Shown here one piece after another: positions 1 to 10,549 of a DNA stretch of 64,000 nucleotides (positions within the stretch are counted from its first letter, which is position 1; the number at the start of each line of letters is the position of its first letter). A model generated the notes under the pieces. It was given only the letters and a program-made list of their open reading frames with translations. It made no database searches and was not told the origin of the DNA. Both the position numbers and the translations under genes were made by a program. This stretch comes from Candidatus Bathyarchaeota archaeon (GTDB lineage Archaea; Thermoproteota; Bathyarchaeia; TCS64). The DNA lies in NCBI GenBank assembly GCA_963769425.1, contig CAVYLP010000001.1:64001-128000 (forward strand), given 5' to 3'.

Positions 1-236
1 TCAAGGATCTCCAACTTCTCCGTCTTCCCGCTCTCGGGGTCGGAGACGTTCACCACGTTCGCACGGACGATCTTGACCTTCTCGATGCCCGCGCGTCCGC
101 TGACCTTCTTGAGCTTTTGCTCACCCTCGATGGTCTCGACGGGGTGCCTACCGACGTCGAATATCCTGTGAGCCCTATAGGGCCTCTTCTTTCCGCCCGT
201 CGGCTTCCGCTTATTGAGTGTGTCGTTCCAGGGCAT
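1..236 (-). CDS. rps8e: 30S ribosomal protein S8e (runs off window start)
   Basis: Not in ORF track. Manual translation from ATG 236: MPWNDTLNKRKPTGGKKRPYRAHRIFDVGRHPVET...ANVVNVSDPESGKTEK, a typical S8e N-terminus. Confidence 0.93.
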   Translation of the reverse strand, partial: MPWNDTLNKRKPTGGKKRPYRAHRIFDVGRHPVETIEGEQKLKKVSGRAGIEKVKIVRANVVNVSDPESGKTEKLEIL

Positions 237-387
237 AACTTGCTCCTCCTATAGAGCGAGTTGCTATAGCCGTAGAAGAGGACGGGGTATAAAAAAGGTG
301 TGGTTTTCACCTACTCCGCGCGCCGTTTTTGCCGCCTTTTTGGATAGATATATCTCTCAACGCTCCACATATGGCTGGGATCAGGGT

Positions 388-1414
388 TTGGCCGGAGACG
401 AGTACGTGAAGCTCTCCCACGGCGCGGGGGGGACGGCGATGGATGCTCTCATCAAGGAGTTGTTCCTCGGGGGGTTCACTAGGAGACAGGCCCTCGACGG
501 CGTCGGCCTCGACGCCCTCGACGACGGGGCATCCATCAAGGTAGGGGACAAGGAGGTCGTACTCACGATGGACGGCCACACCGTCGACCCCCTATTCTTC
601 CCCGGTGGCGATCTGGGTAAGCTCGCCGTCTGCGGAGCCGTGAACGACACGGTGGTCATGGGCGCCGATCCGGTCGCGATACTAGACTCTATAATCGTCG
701 AGGAGGGCTTCCCTATAGCAGATCTAAAGAGGCTCGTCGCCTCGATGAATGGGGCCGCCGAGGAGGCGGGGGTCGCGATAATCAGCGGCGACTTCAAGGT
801 GATGCCCGCGGGTTCCCTAGACGGCATCGTCATATCCACCGCGGGCGTCGGGGTGCTACGCGGCCCGAGGGTGCTCGACAGCCTCGCCAAGCCGGGCGAC
901 AAGGTCATAGTCACAGGCACAGTCGGTGATCACGGCATCGCCCTCATGAGCGTCCGCGAGGGACTCAGTTTCAAGACGGAGCTTGTCTCAGACGTTTCCC
1001 CGATCGTCGAGACCATACAAGCTGCCCTAGAGGTAGGTGGAGTCCACGCCATGAAGGACGCCACGAGGGGCGGCCTGACATCCGCACTGAACGAGTTCGC
1101 CGAGAAGTCCCACGTAAGCATCTGGCTCGAGGATGGGAAGGTCCCTGTAAAGAAGGCGGTGCGCTCCGCATCTGATATGCTCGGCCTCGACCCCTACGAG
1201 GTCACATGCGAGGGTAAGGCCAGTAATCTGTGTAGCCTCAGAGAGGGCGGACGCGGCTTTGGCGGCTATCAAAGCCACGAAGTATGGTATCGATGCTGAA
1301 ATAATCGGGGAGGTTCGGGCGGATCATCCCGGGATGGTCTTAATGAAGACACTCGTCGGCGGCACGAGGATACTGAGGAAGCCGATAGGTGAGCCTATCC
1401 CCCGCGTCTGCTAG
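388..1414 (+). CDS. hypE: Hydrogenase maturation protein HypE (one +1 frameshift near 1222)
   Basis: LSHGAGG, DGHTVDPLFFPGGDLGKLAVCGAVND and KDATRGG motifs. The shifted frame continues ...GGTRILRKPIGEPIPRVC*, ending in the conserved PR(I/V)C. Likely TTG start at 388. Confidence 0.93.
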
Positions 1415-1965
1415 TCCCTGGCTAAAAGCTCGGGGTGTAGACTGCTGAAGAGCTGTATTATCTGAAGTCTGCTCTTCTCGGGGTCTTGGCTGAGGTCGAA
1501 GTAATCTGCGAAGAAGGGCGTGGTCTTTATGATTACCCCCTTCTCAGTCTTTTCCCTGCTTATCAGCGCCATGTCCTCGAGGAGCCTGAGTTGGGTGTAG
1601 ATGTGGACGCCGCGGTAGTCGAGGACCTGCGCCTGTTCAATCGGTTGGTTGTAGGCGATGTAGCCGAGGGTCTTGAGGGGGCCGACGGTTAGTAGCGGCC
1701 TGTTCGTGAACTGGCGCACCATCTTACCATACTCGGGACTGAGCTGCATGACTGCCCTGTTCCCCGGCAGCTTCTTGATCTCTAGTGCCCCGCCGCGGGC
1801 CCTGAGCTTACTAGCTAGCTCCTCGACGTAGCGTAGTACGATCTTCTCAGACCTGCTTCCTAAAGCCTGCATGAGCTCCTCTAGGTCCAGCGGGTGCCCC
1901 GCGGAGTAGAGTGCGGCCTCAAGCTCCGTGAGCTTGACTTGTCTTTTATCCGATATGGTCATCAA
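1411..1965 (-). CDS. scpB: Segregation and condensation protein ScpB
   Basis: LEAALYSAG, LKTLGYIAYNQPI and TTPFFADYF motifs; follows smc-scpA with overlapping stop/start. Confidence 0.9.
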   Translation of the reverse strand: MMTISDKRQVKLTELEAALYSAGHPLDLEELMQALGSRSEKIVLRYVEELASKLRARGGALEIKKLPGNRAVMQLSPEYGKMVRQFTNRPLLTVGPLKTLGYIAYNQPIEQAQVLDYRGVHIYTQLRLLEDMALISREKTEKGVIIKTTPFFADYFDLSQDPEKSRLQIIQLFSSLHPELLARD

Positions 1966-2624
1966 AGATTCTTCGCCCTCACCCTGATAGTAACATCCGT
2001 CTCCTCCTCATCCTGATCGAGGTCGATCTCCATTCTCTGGGCGAGGAAGAGGAGCATCATGAAGAGCCTGACAGCGTCGAGCCAGCCGAGTCCCTGAATC
2101 ATCTTGCTGAGTCTCAGTTCCGAGTCCGCTGTCACCCTCATCTTTTCGAGGAGCTCGTCGCTGCGCGCCTCCACCTCGAGGAGATACTGCTCGAAATCGA
2201 GGAAGTTGGGGATAGGTATCGGAAGAGTCGGCAACCGGGGTACCTCACCGCGGCCGCTCTCCTCCTGTAGCGCGCGCTCGAGGGCGTTTATCAGGTCTTG
2301 CACTGACGTTGTCGTGAACTCGAACCGAAACGGGAGCGGCACAGGGGGTGGAAGGTAGACATCGCCCCGCTCCTCCGGTGGAGCGGGGGGTTCCTCCATC
2401 GCGAGTAGGAGCTCCGCCTTCTTTAGGTAAATGTATACTGAACTATTCACGGCTGTGCCCGCTATCCTGTAGTCGATACCGACGCGCTCCATCTCTACAA
2501 GTAGGCTTGTTAGTAGCTCGACTAAGTTGATGTCCCAAGGGCTCACTTTCTCCAGCTTGTTCTCTCTGAAGAGGATGTCCCAGGGCTGACGGAGATAGTA
2601 AGGCTTCTCCTTCCTCTCGGTCAA
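1962..2624 (-). CDS. scpA: Kleisin ScpA
   Basis: PWDINLVEL N-terminal motif and C-terminal FMMLLFLAQRMEIDLDQ motif; lies between smc and scpB. Confidence 0.88.
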   Translation of the reverse strand: MTERKEKPYYLRQPWDILFRENKLEKVSPWDINLVELLTSLLVEMERVGIDYRIAGTAVNSSVYIYLKKAELLLAMEEPPAPPEERGDVYLPPPVPLPFRFEFTTTSVQDLINALERALQEESGRGEVPRLPTLPIPIPNFLDFEQYLLEVEARSDELLEKMRVTADSELRLSKMIQGLGWLDAVRLFMMLLFLAQRMEIDLDQDEEETDVTIRVRAKNL

Positions 2625-5600
2625 GGCGTCGTCTCCTCTACCTTTTGGGGCCCCTTCATGGGGAGAGCAAGCACACGACTGCGCCCGCCCTGAGCGAAGA
2701 CGCCGTATATCCTGTCAGCTTTGTGGACCATAATGTCCTTGAGGCTGACCATGAGGAACTGGGCCTCGATGCTGTTATCTTTCAGGACCTCGGCAAGCCT
2801 GCTCGTGTTATGGTCGTCGAGGTGTGCATCTATCTCGTCGAAGAGGTAGAATGGCGCCTTGAGGAACTTTTGTATGGCGAGGAGGTAGGCGATCGCGGCG
2901 ACAGACCTTTCACCGCCCGAGGCGCCGCTCCCCAGCCTCATCGGCTTGCCGGGGAACTGGAGGTATAGGTCGACGCCTCCGCTGAATGGGTCCTCAGGTT
3001 TCTGGAGTTCAAGTCTTCCGTCACCGCCGCCTGTGACGCGGCTGAAGAGGTGGCTGAAGTTCTCACAGACCTCGTTGAAGGCGGCCATGAAGTGCTCGGT
3101 CTTGTCCTTCTCGACTTGCTCGATGAACTTGAGGATTCCTGCCTTCTCTTCCTCGAGCTCGTTGATCCTGGTGCTCTGGCTCTTGTAGTTGTTCATATAC
3201 TCGTCGTAGTGGTCGAGGGCGAGCTGGTTGACGGCGCCGAGGCTGTTCTTCTCTTGGCGGACGAGTTGGAGGCGACCATCGACGCGCTCAAACTCCACGC
3301 CGGTTATGTCGACCTTATCCTCGTAGCCGTTGGTGGCCAGCTCGTCGAGGCGTTGCTCGCTCTGTAACTTGAGGCGCTCGATGTCGAGGCTGAGCTGATT
3401 CATTCTCTTGTCCTCGGCCTCGCGGCGCCTCTCGAGGTCCTCCATTCTCTGGTTGACCATACGGAGTGTCTTCTGGTGCTGGTCGAGGACCTTGCTAGTT
3501 GCCTCCACCTCGGTGGATACGGCGTCGAGGTCCCGCCCGACGGACTCTATCTCCCTGTTGACCTCGATTAAACGCTGGTTTGAACGAATCTGTTCGTCTT
3601 CGAGAGCCTTTATCTCTTCTAGCATCCTGTGTCTCTGTTCTGAAGCATCTGAGAGGCGGAGGGTCAGGATGCGCTCGATGTAGCTCTTCTGTACGGCGAT
3701 CTCGTTCTGGACCTTGTTCAGCTGTTCCTGCTGGTCGGAGATGAACTTTGAGAGTGAGGCGTTCTTGATCTCGAGGTCCGTGACATCGCTAGGCTTGAAC
3801 TCCTTGAGGTGGGCGATCTCAGTCTTTGTGCCCTCGATCTGCTGTAGTATGCGCTGCTTCCTCTCATCGAGGGCTGTGATGAGTACTTGCTCGCGCTCCG
3901 CCTCGGCCCTGAACTTTGCTAACGTCTCGTCGGCCTGAGTGAGGGTCTTCTGTAAGCGCTCTATTCTCTCGTTCGTGTCGGCGACCTCGACGTCGATATT
4001 CGCCATCGTCTTCTTGGAGCCGTCCATAAACGAGTTAATACCGCGGAGGCTTCCGCCACTCGACTTCAGCTCAGTCATGCGGGTCTTGAGTCTCTGGCGG
4101 AGATCCTTGATCGTCTTGGATAGGCTGTCTATCGACTCCTCTGTGGGTACGAGTTTGGAGTAGTCGGGGGGTCTTCTGTAGAATCCACCTTTGATGCCAC
4201 CACCCGGCTCATAGACATCGCCTGTGACGGTCACGGCTCTATGGCCAATGGCTATGACTTTGAGCGCCGCGGAGTCATCTTCGACGAGGTACGTGTCACC
4301 CCAGATTAGGTGAACAACTGGGCTGTAGGTCTCGTCGCAGCGGATGAGTTTGCTTAGAGCGCCGACTACGCCTTCCTCATTGATATCAGGAATGGGCTCG
4401 GGTTTTCCAAGCTGGGCGAGGGGGATGAATTTAGTCATCCCGAGCTTCGTCTTCTTAAGTCTGTCTACGCACTCGAGAGCAGTTGTAACGTCATCGACGA
4501 CAACTGCATTTATCCAACCCTCAGCTGCAGAGTAGACGGCGCGTTGGTTTGGTAAGTCTACTTTTATCAGGCTTCGGAGTGGGCCGTGGTAGCCTGTGAG
4601 GGCTCCAGCTTCTCCGATCTCTCTGATCCGCTCTAAGGCTCTCTCCTCGACAACTATGTGATGCCAGAGGTCGCGCTTCGCGGAGAACTCGGTGATAGTG
4701 GACTCGGCCTTCTTAGCGAGGTCGTTAGCGCTCTCGATTGTGTTCCTGAGGTCACGCTGACGTTTTATCTGGTCCTCGATGTTGCTGAGCATTTCCTCGA
4801 GGCGACCCGCCTCCTGGGATTTTAAGGAGGCGTACTCGGAGAGCTTCGCCTGTAGGCTCTCAACTGTCTTGCCATACTCGAGTTTCCGGCCTTCAATGTC
4901 GTTTATTTTATCACTGGATGTGCTAATGCTCGTCTTGTGGCCGTTGATCTCGATCTCTATGCCGCTGAGGCTCTCCTGCATAGGAACTAGGCTTTCAGTA
5001 AGCTCCTCGTTCCTCCTCTGGTTTTCCCCAGCGGATTCGCGGTTACTATTGATGGTCTGCGAGTAGCCCTCAAGTTCCCGTCTATTAGTCTCAAGTTGCC
5101 CGATGAGTTGCGTCTCGGAGATCTGTAGTGATTCCAGGGACTTTCTCCGTTCGGCTATTTCCTCCTCGGTGGCCTTGGCTTCTCGTTCCTTTTCGGCTAT
5201 GAGGTTGTTTAGTTGGCCTTGGCGTTTCTCAATTTCCCTGAGGCGGTTGCTGAGGCCGGTGCATAGGGTCTGTCTACTGACGAGATCGGATTTGAGCATG
5301 GGTAGCCGGGTATTGCCGCGCTCGGCTGCTTCTCGGTTGAACTCCTCTATCCTGTTGCGGGCGGATTCTCTTTCTTCTCTGAGCTGGATTTTTTCCTGTT
5401 CTAGTTTCGCCGCCTCAGCTTCGCGCTCCTTCATCTGCTCCATGAGGACGCTTAGCTTTTCTTCAAGCTGGTTGATCTGGAAGCTGAGCTTCACGGCTGT
5501 GAGGCGCTTCTCCTCTCGGGAGAGGTGGTTGAATCTTAGGGCGTCGTTCCTCTGGCGCTCTAGTTCTGTGACTCTTTTCCTAACCTCGTCGATTCGGGCG

Positions 5601-6184
5601 GCGGAGATCTCTATCTTTCGCTCCGCCTCAGTGAGGCGTCCTTTTGCTTCAGCTTTCTTCTCGTCATATTCTTTGATGCCGATTAGGTCCTCAAGGGCGT
5701 CCATGCGCTCGCTTGGAGTCAAGTCACTTAGTCGAGTCGCCGTGCCTTGGAGGACTATGTTATAGCCGCCAGGGGTTATACCAGCTAGGTGAAGGAGGTC
5801 GAGCACGACCTTTCGGCTTGTGCGCTTCCCGTTGAGGTAGTAGTCGCTCTTACCTTCTCTGTCGACTTTTCTTCCTATGCTGACCTGGCTTCTATCGGAG
5901 GCGAGTCCGCGGTCGTTGTTATCGAAGTAGATTGTAACCTGAGAGATCTGAGGCTTGTTCTGGTCCTCCTCGCCGGCACCATCGTAGATAAGGCCGGAAA
6001 AGTCGGGGACCCTCATTCTCTTGGACGCTAGCTCACCGAGGACGAACTGGACCGCGTCGATTATATTGCTCTTCCCGCTTCCGTTGGGACCTGTAATAAC
6101 GTTGAACCCGGGTTGAAAATTCAGCTTGATCTGGCCGCCAAACGACTTGAAGTTCTTGACCAGTATCTTGCTTATGTATACCGT
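2621..6184 (-). CDS. smc: Chromosome segregation protein SMC
   Basis: The frame extends upstream of the listed ATG (6016) without a stop: VYISKILVKNFKSFGG...ITGPNGSGKSNIIDA (Walker A). Hinge, SGGERS signature and LFDEIDAHLD Walker B present. The plausible start is ACG at 6184. Confidence 0.96.
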   Translation of the reverse strand, partial: TVYISKILVKNFKSFGGQIKLNFQPGFNVITGPNGSGKSNIIDAVQFVLGELASKRMRVPDFSGLIYDGAGEEDQNKPQISQVTIYFDNNDRGLASDRSQVSIGRKVDREGKSDYYLNGKRTSRKVVLDLLHLAGITPGGYNIVLQGTATRLSDLTPSERMDALEDLIGIKEYDEKKAEAKGRLTEAERKIEISAARIDEVRKRVTELERQRNDALRFNHLSREEKRLTAVKLSFQINQLEEKLSVLMEQMKEREAEAAKLEQEKIQLREERESARNRIEEFNREAAERGNTRLPMLKSDLVSRQTLCTGLSNRLREIEKRQGQLNNLIAEKEREAKATEEEIAERRKSLESLQISETQLIGQLETNRRELEGYSQTINSNRESAGENQRRNEELTESLVPMQESLSGIEIEINGHKTSISTSSDKINDIEGRKLEYGKTVESLQAKLSEYASLKSQEAGRLEEMLSNIEDQIKRQRDLRNTIESANDLAKKAESTITEFSAKRDLWHHIVVEERALERIREIGEAGALTGYHGPLRSLIKVDLPNQRAVYSAAEGWINAVVVDDVTTALECVDRLKKTKLGMTKFIPLAQLGKPEPIPDINEEGVVGALSKLIRCDETYSPVVHLIWGDTYLVEDDSAALKVIAIGHRAVTVTGDVYEPGGGIKGGFYRRPPDYSKLVPTEESIDSLSKTIKDLRQRLKTRMTELKSSGGSLRGINSFMDGSKKTMANIDVEVADTNERIERLQKTLTQADETLAKFRAEAEREQVLITALDERKQRILQQIEGTKTEIAHLKEFKPSDVTDLEIKNASLSKFISDQQEQLNKVQNEIAVQKSYIERILTLRLSDASEQRHRMLEEIKALEDEQIRSNQRLIEVNREIESVGRDLDAVSTEVEATSKVLDQHQKTLRMVNQRMEDLERRREAEDKRMNQLSLDIERLKLQSEQRLDELATNGYEDKVDITGVEFERVDGRLQLVRQEKNSLGAVNQLALDHYDEYMNNYKSQSTRINELEEEKAGILKFIEQVEKDKTEHFMAAFNEVCENFSHLFSRVTGGGDGRLELQKPEDPFSGGVDLYLQFPGKPMRLGSGASGGERSVAAIAYLLAIQKFLKAPFYLFDEIDAHLDDHNTSRLAEVLKDNSIEAQFLMVSLKDIMVHKADRIYGVFAQGGRSRVLALPMKGPQKVEETTP

Positions 6185-6434
6185 GTTCCGTCCCCCTTAC
6201 TCAGCGGGCTGTCCGCTAATCTGATACGCAACTATGTTCGGGCGATCACTTGAATTGCCATATTCCTGTGAATATTCAAGTCTGTTGTTCGGGAATGGCT
6301 TGTTCGTGGCTGTATTATTACGTATTATTCCAGGATTATGGTTGATGCTCATCGACTCCGAATGGGTTGCTCTCATCAGTTGAGAACATCATATCCCCAT
6401 TCCTTTTTTAAACCTTCCCCACCAGAAATAACCT

Positions 6435-7506
6435 ATGACAAACAGAATCAACAAACTCGAAGATAAAATTGCCGAGAGAGGACTCGGCGCCTACATAATT
6501 GCGAAACCACAGAACATCCGATATTATACAGGCAGCATAGGAGGGAGCTTTCTCATCATTTCACCTAACTCGGATCCCCTCCTTCTCGTGACTGTGCTCG
6601 ATGAGAATGTTACAAGGGATCAAGCAAGGGATTGTAATGTTAAGACCTACTCTGTAGCTGGGCTCCTGAATCTACTTGCAGACGAGCTTCGAATGGTACA
6701 CTGCAGTTCAGCTGGATTCGACGATCTACCGTTAACTCTTATTGACAGAATCCGGAAAAGGATTCCCGAGATCAGATTCGAGCAGAATCAAGATGTAGTT
6801 TGGGACCAGAGAAGTGTGAAAGATGCTGTTGAAGTGAAGTTGATGAGTGAGGCGGGGAAGCTCGCAGACATCGCGATGGAGGCGCTGTGGGAGAAGCTGA
6901 AGGTAGGTGTCACCGAGCATCAGCTCGCCGCGGAGGCATCCTATGCGATGATTCGCGAGGGGGCAGAAGCCCATGCCTTTGAGTTCACAGTTGGCTCTGG
7001 ACCCAGGTCGGCCTACCCCCACGCATCGAGCACGGGGAGAAAGATCGAGAAGGGCGACCTAATAGTTGTCGACATCGGCGCATCTTACCAAGGTTACTGC
7101 TCCGACATAACTAGGACCTTCATCGCCGGGAAGCCCGATGCAAAGAGGAAGGAGCTTTACGAGACGGTGCTACGATCCCACGATGAAACGTATACTGCGA
7201 TGAAGCCCGGAGCCAGTTGCATGGATGTAGATGCAGTCTCTAGGAAGATCATCGAGGACGCTGGATACGGTCAATATTACACCCACTCTTTAGGCCATGG
7301 CGTCGGTCTCGAGATACACGAACCACCGTCCGTGAGCCAGAGGAGCAACGAGATACTATGTAAGTGGCAACGTCGTCTCCGACGAGCCCGGCATCTACAT
7401 CCATGGCTTCGGTGGTGTAAGGATCGAGGACACCGTGCTCATAACAGGGGGTGGCTCAAGGAGGCTCACGAATTTCCCCCGGGACATCGACAAGGCAACG
7501 TTTTAG
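6435..7506 (+). CDS. Xaa-Pro aminopeptidase, M24 family (frameshift near 7358)
   Basis: VVDIGA, YCSDITRT, HSLGHGVGLEIHE; the shifted frame gives DEPGIYIHGFGGVRIEDTVLIT, ending TAG 7506. Confidence 0.92.
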
Positions 7507-8289
7507 CTACTTACCATACCGCCTGTTCCGGAGCTGGTAGTTTCTGATTACCCTTTGGAGATCTATCTCCCTGAACTCCGGCCAGTAGACGTCGACGATG
7601 AATAGCTCACTGTATGCAGCTTGCCAGAGCAGGAAGTTACTTAGTCGTGACTCGTTTCCGGTCCTGATTATCAGGTCGGGTTCCTGCTGTGGGAGGTGTT
7701 TCGTGTAGAGGTGTTCCTCGATCAGGTCCTCGTTTATATCCTCGGGCTCGATCTTACCCTGTTTAACCAGTTTAGCGAGTTCCCGTGTTGCGTCAACTAT
7801 CTCAGCCCTTCCACCGTAGGCGAGTGCTATGTTGAGGTAGAACTTGTCGAATGTCTTCGTCTGCTCCTCGACGTCCGCTATGAGGCTCTGTAGGTTTTCG
7901 GGAAGGAGGTTCCTGCGTCCTATCGCCATGACACGTACCTTTTGCCTTTTTATGACGTCGGAGGCGAGGACGTCCCGGAGCGCCTTCTCGTAGACCTTCA
8001 TTAGTTCGGCGACCTCCTTTTCGTTTCGTTTGAAGTTCTCCGTGGAGAAAGCGTAGAGGGTGAGAGTGGTTATGTTTAGGTTAAGGCACCACTCAAGGAA
8101 CTCTTTGACGCGCTCCCCACCAGCCCAATGACCTTGCCAGGGATCCATGTTCTGTTCCTTGGCCCAGCGCCTGTTCCCGTCGAGAACTATGCCAATGTGG
8201 CGAGGCATCTCGCTGCTCTTCACCTGGCTCTTCAGCCAACGCCCGTAGATCTTGTAGACGCCGAGCGCGGTGAGGAGGTCCTTAAGCAT
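7507..8289 (-). CDS. uppS: cis-prenyltransferase (undecaprenyl-diphosphate synthase family)
   Basis: HIGIVLDGNRRWA, YAFSTENFKR, PDLIIRTGNESRLSNFLLWQ. Confidence 0.96.
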   Translation of the reverse strand: MLKDLLTALGVYKIYGRWLKSQVKSSEMPRHIGIVLDGNRRWAKEQNMDPWQGHWAGGERVKEFLEWCLNLNITTLTLYAFSTENFKRNEKEVAELMKVYEKALRDVLASDVIKRQKVRVMAIGRRNLLPENLQSLIADVEEQTKTFDKFYLNIALAYGGRAEIVDATRELAKLVKQGKIEPEDINEDLIEEHLYTKHLPQQEPDLIIRTGNESRLSNFLLWQAAYSELFIVDVYWPEFREIDLQRVIRNYQLRNRRYGK

Positions 8290-8346
8290 CGCTCTTCAAG
8301 GTAGGGGCGTGAGTTCACCGATAAAACCTTGACTAAAAACTTCCGA

Positions 8347-9474
8347 CTATGTGAAGGGTAGGCGCTTGTATCGTCTGTAGGTAAAGAAGACTATGATTAT
8401 CGTGGTGATTATGCTGGCAACGGTGTAGAAGATGAGTGGGGAGAAGACACTCAAGGGGGCTTCCGGGTTTCTTAGGATCTGGGCTGACTCGATTAGGATG
8501 AATCTGACCCAGACCGCTAGGTTTAGGCTGACTATGCTCTGGCCTAGGCGCTCATCTTTTCTTAGGTAGTGGTAGACGCCGCCTCCGGTTAGGGCGACAA
8601 TCGTGCCTAGGATTATGAGGTCTATCCCCTTCAAGAGGAATATAGAAACAAAGAGGGGGACGACTCCGACCCACCAGGCCCAGTCCCACAGAGGCTCGAT
8701 GGGTGTCGGCACTAGGAGTGCAGCTGAGCTTACTCCTTGGTAAGCCCCTACGAGTGCGACCAAGACACCGATGACCCTGCACACGAAAATTATCTGCTCT
8801 TCTGGTGGGGGTAGCTTTGGCTTAATGGTTGTTATCCTGTCGTATATGCCGAAGCCTTTTAGGAATAGGACGAATCCGACGACGAAGACGACTGCGAGGC
8901 CAGCGTTCTGCAATTGGTTGGAGGCTATGAGGAATCCGAAGATTAGTAGGAGGACTCCGGGTACGCCGAGGGCGAAACGGGAGTAATATGGGTCGTCAAT
9001 TATCATTCGTAGATACTTTCCGAATACGGCGTAGGTCTCCTCGATTCTCTCGCTGTGCTTCACGACTACGTGGTGGACGCTAGTTATCGGTACTCGGGTC
9101 TGGATTATGGGTTTGAGGACGTCGTCGGCGAAGCCGTCGGTGACGAGGACGATCCCCGTGGCGGGGAAGTTGGTCAACACTGTTTGGAGTTCTGTGACCA
9201 TCTTCCGGTCCGCTTCGACCCCACCGGTTGATGTGCCCGCGACTGTCGCGACTTGAAATTCTTCTCCGGGGTATTTTGCAACTAGTTCCTTGTAGAGTTT
9301 AACGGCGCCGAACATTGCATTTGAGTCGGCTTCCTCTGGGTCGGCTATCGCGAGGTTTGCGGCGGCTTCCCTGTTCTCTTTAGCGCCTATGACGGGTGTC
9401 TGCACGGTGGCCTTCTTACCGATGTCGTCGTCCTGATCTATGCACAAAATCAGGGTCTTGGCCTTAGCCGACAT
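8347..9474 (-). CDS. DUF373-family archaeal membrane protein
   Basis: LILCIDQDDDIGKK...DPEEADSNAMFGAV N-terminal domain plus multiple TM helices; usual neighbour of uppS. Confidence 0.85.
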   Translation of the reverse strand: MSAKAKTLILCIDQDDDIGKKATVQTPVIGAKENREAAANLAIADPEEADSNAMFGAVKLYKELVAKYPGEEFQVATVAGTSTGGVEADRKMVTELQTVLTNFPATGIVLVTDGFADDVLKPIIQTRVPITSVHHVVVKHSERIEETYAVFGKYLRMIIDDPYYSRFALGVPGVLLLIFGFLIASNQLQNAGLAVVFVVGFVLFLKGFGIYDRITTIKPKLPPPEEQIIFVCRVIGVLVALVGAYQGVSSAALLVPTPIEPLWDWAWWVGVVPLFVSIFLLKGIDLIILGTIVALTGGGVYHYLRKDERLGQSIVSLNLAVWVRFILIESAQILRNPEAPLSVFSPLIFYTVASIITTIIIVFFTYRRYKRLPFT

Positions 9475-9738
9475 ACCGTCTCTCTCAAGCGAATACTCGC
9501 CGAGGATATATATGATTCTGCGTGCAAATTTATGAGGAAATAAACTAAGAATAGGGTGTCAATAGGGGCTGTCATTTGCAGACTTATTTGACTCTTTTAC
9601 TATTTCTTTTACACGCGCGTCATATATCCCTGTGACTATCTTCCTAGTCAAGGTGCACGTCTACTAGCACGAACCCTTTTGTATAGGGCGGACATTACTA
9701 CTAGCTAAAACTGGTAATGGGATAAGGAGAAAAAGAAA

Positions 9739-10122
9739 ATGAACACGAAGGGGATAACTGCTATTGCTGTGATTGCATTAATTGCTATATCAATAATTGT
9801 TATAGCATATGTTCAGTATCGCGGTGATGTTCAGGGAGGCGATAAAATCATATCCGACTTATCTGCAAAACCTTTAACGACGGTCGGGAATCCGACAATT
9901 AATACCGTATCATCGGCCAATACGCTCACTGAATTTAAAGGAGATGTCGTTAATGCCACCGTATATTATCAGAGAAGTTATGATAGTGCTATTTTTTACA
10001 TGATTGTTTCAGGGTCTCCCGACACTGCTAATCCTCTAGTATATCAAAGCATCAGTGTAATATCGTGGCAAACACGTTGGGATGGATGGAATATCGCAGG
10101 CGGAAGCTTACTGAATCCGTAA
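9739..10122 (+). CDS. Hypothetical membrane-anchored or secreted protein
   Basis: AGGAG before the ATG, N-terminal hydrophobic helix, AT-richer than flanking genes. Confidence 0.6.
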   Translation: MNTKGITAIAVIALIAISIIVIAYVQYRGDVQGGDKIISDLSAKPLTTVGNPTINTVSSANTLTEFKGDVVNATVYYQRSYDSAIFYMIVSGSPDTANPLVYQSISVISWQTRWDGWNIAGGSLLNP

Positions 10123-10192
10123 TTTTTTAAAATAAATGCGCGCTGCCTTGTCCCTTTATTGATTAATACTGGTTTTAAACGGTCATAACCCC

Positions 10193-10504
10193 CATCACCG
10201 GCTGAGAGGATCAACTGAATGCCTTCCCCGAGTTCTCCCCGCCAACCCGCCCGCCACGACGTTTCCCTGTAAGTGGTAACCACTAATAAGGTGTTTCCAC
10301 GGGACACCCTTCACACCGATGAATGAACACATCCAAACTGGGTTACGCCTTCGATTGAATGGCGTCCACCCAACCCGTACCTATTCACATCGTTCAATGA
10401 ATCGCGCCCCACGCCCTTCAATGGATGTTGAAGGCACCCGGAATGCAACGGTTTTCAATCGATATTCAATGGTTTTCAACACGTTTCAGATGGTTCCGGC
10501 GACG
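10193..10504 (-). other. Candidate structured non-coding element
   Basis: Ends can pair (CGUCGCCGG / CCGGUGAUG); several internal hairpins; TATATATA at 10523-10530 upstream; no credible ORF. Confidence 0.3.
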
Positions 10505-10549
10505 CGTCCCCGATGACGTCGCTATATATAGCTGAGTACTTTCCCAATT

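Noticed and set aside
6016-6184. Frameshifted or truncated smc
   Set aside because: The Walker A region is in frame with the listed ORF; only a canonical start codon is missing.
10193-10504. SRP RNA or RNase P RNA
   Set aside because: The size fits, but the helix-8 SRP54 motif and the GAGGAA-N-UCC P4 motif were not found on either strand.
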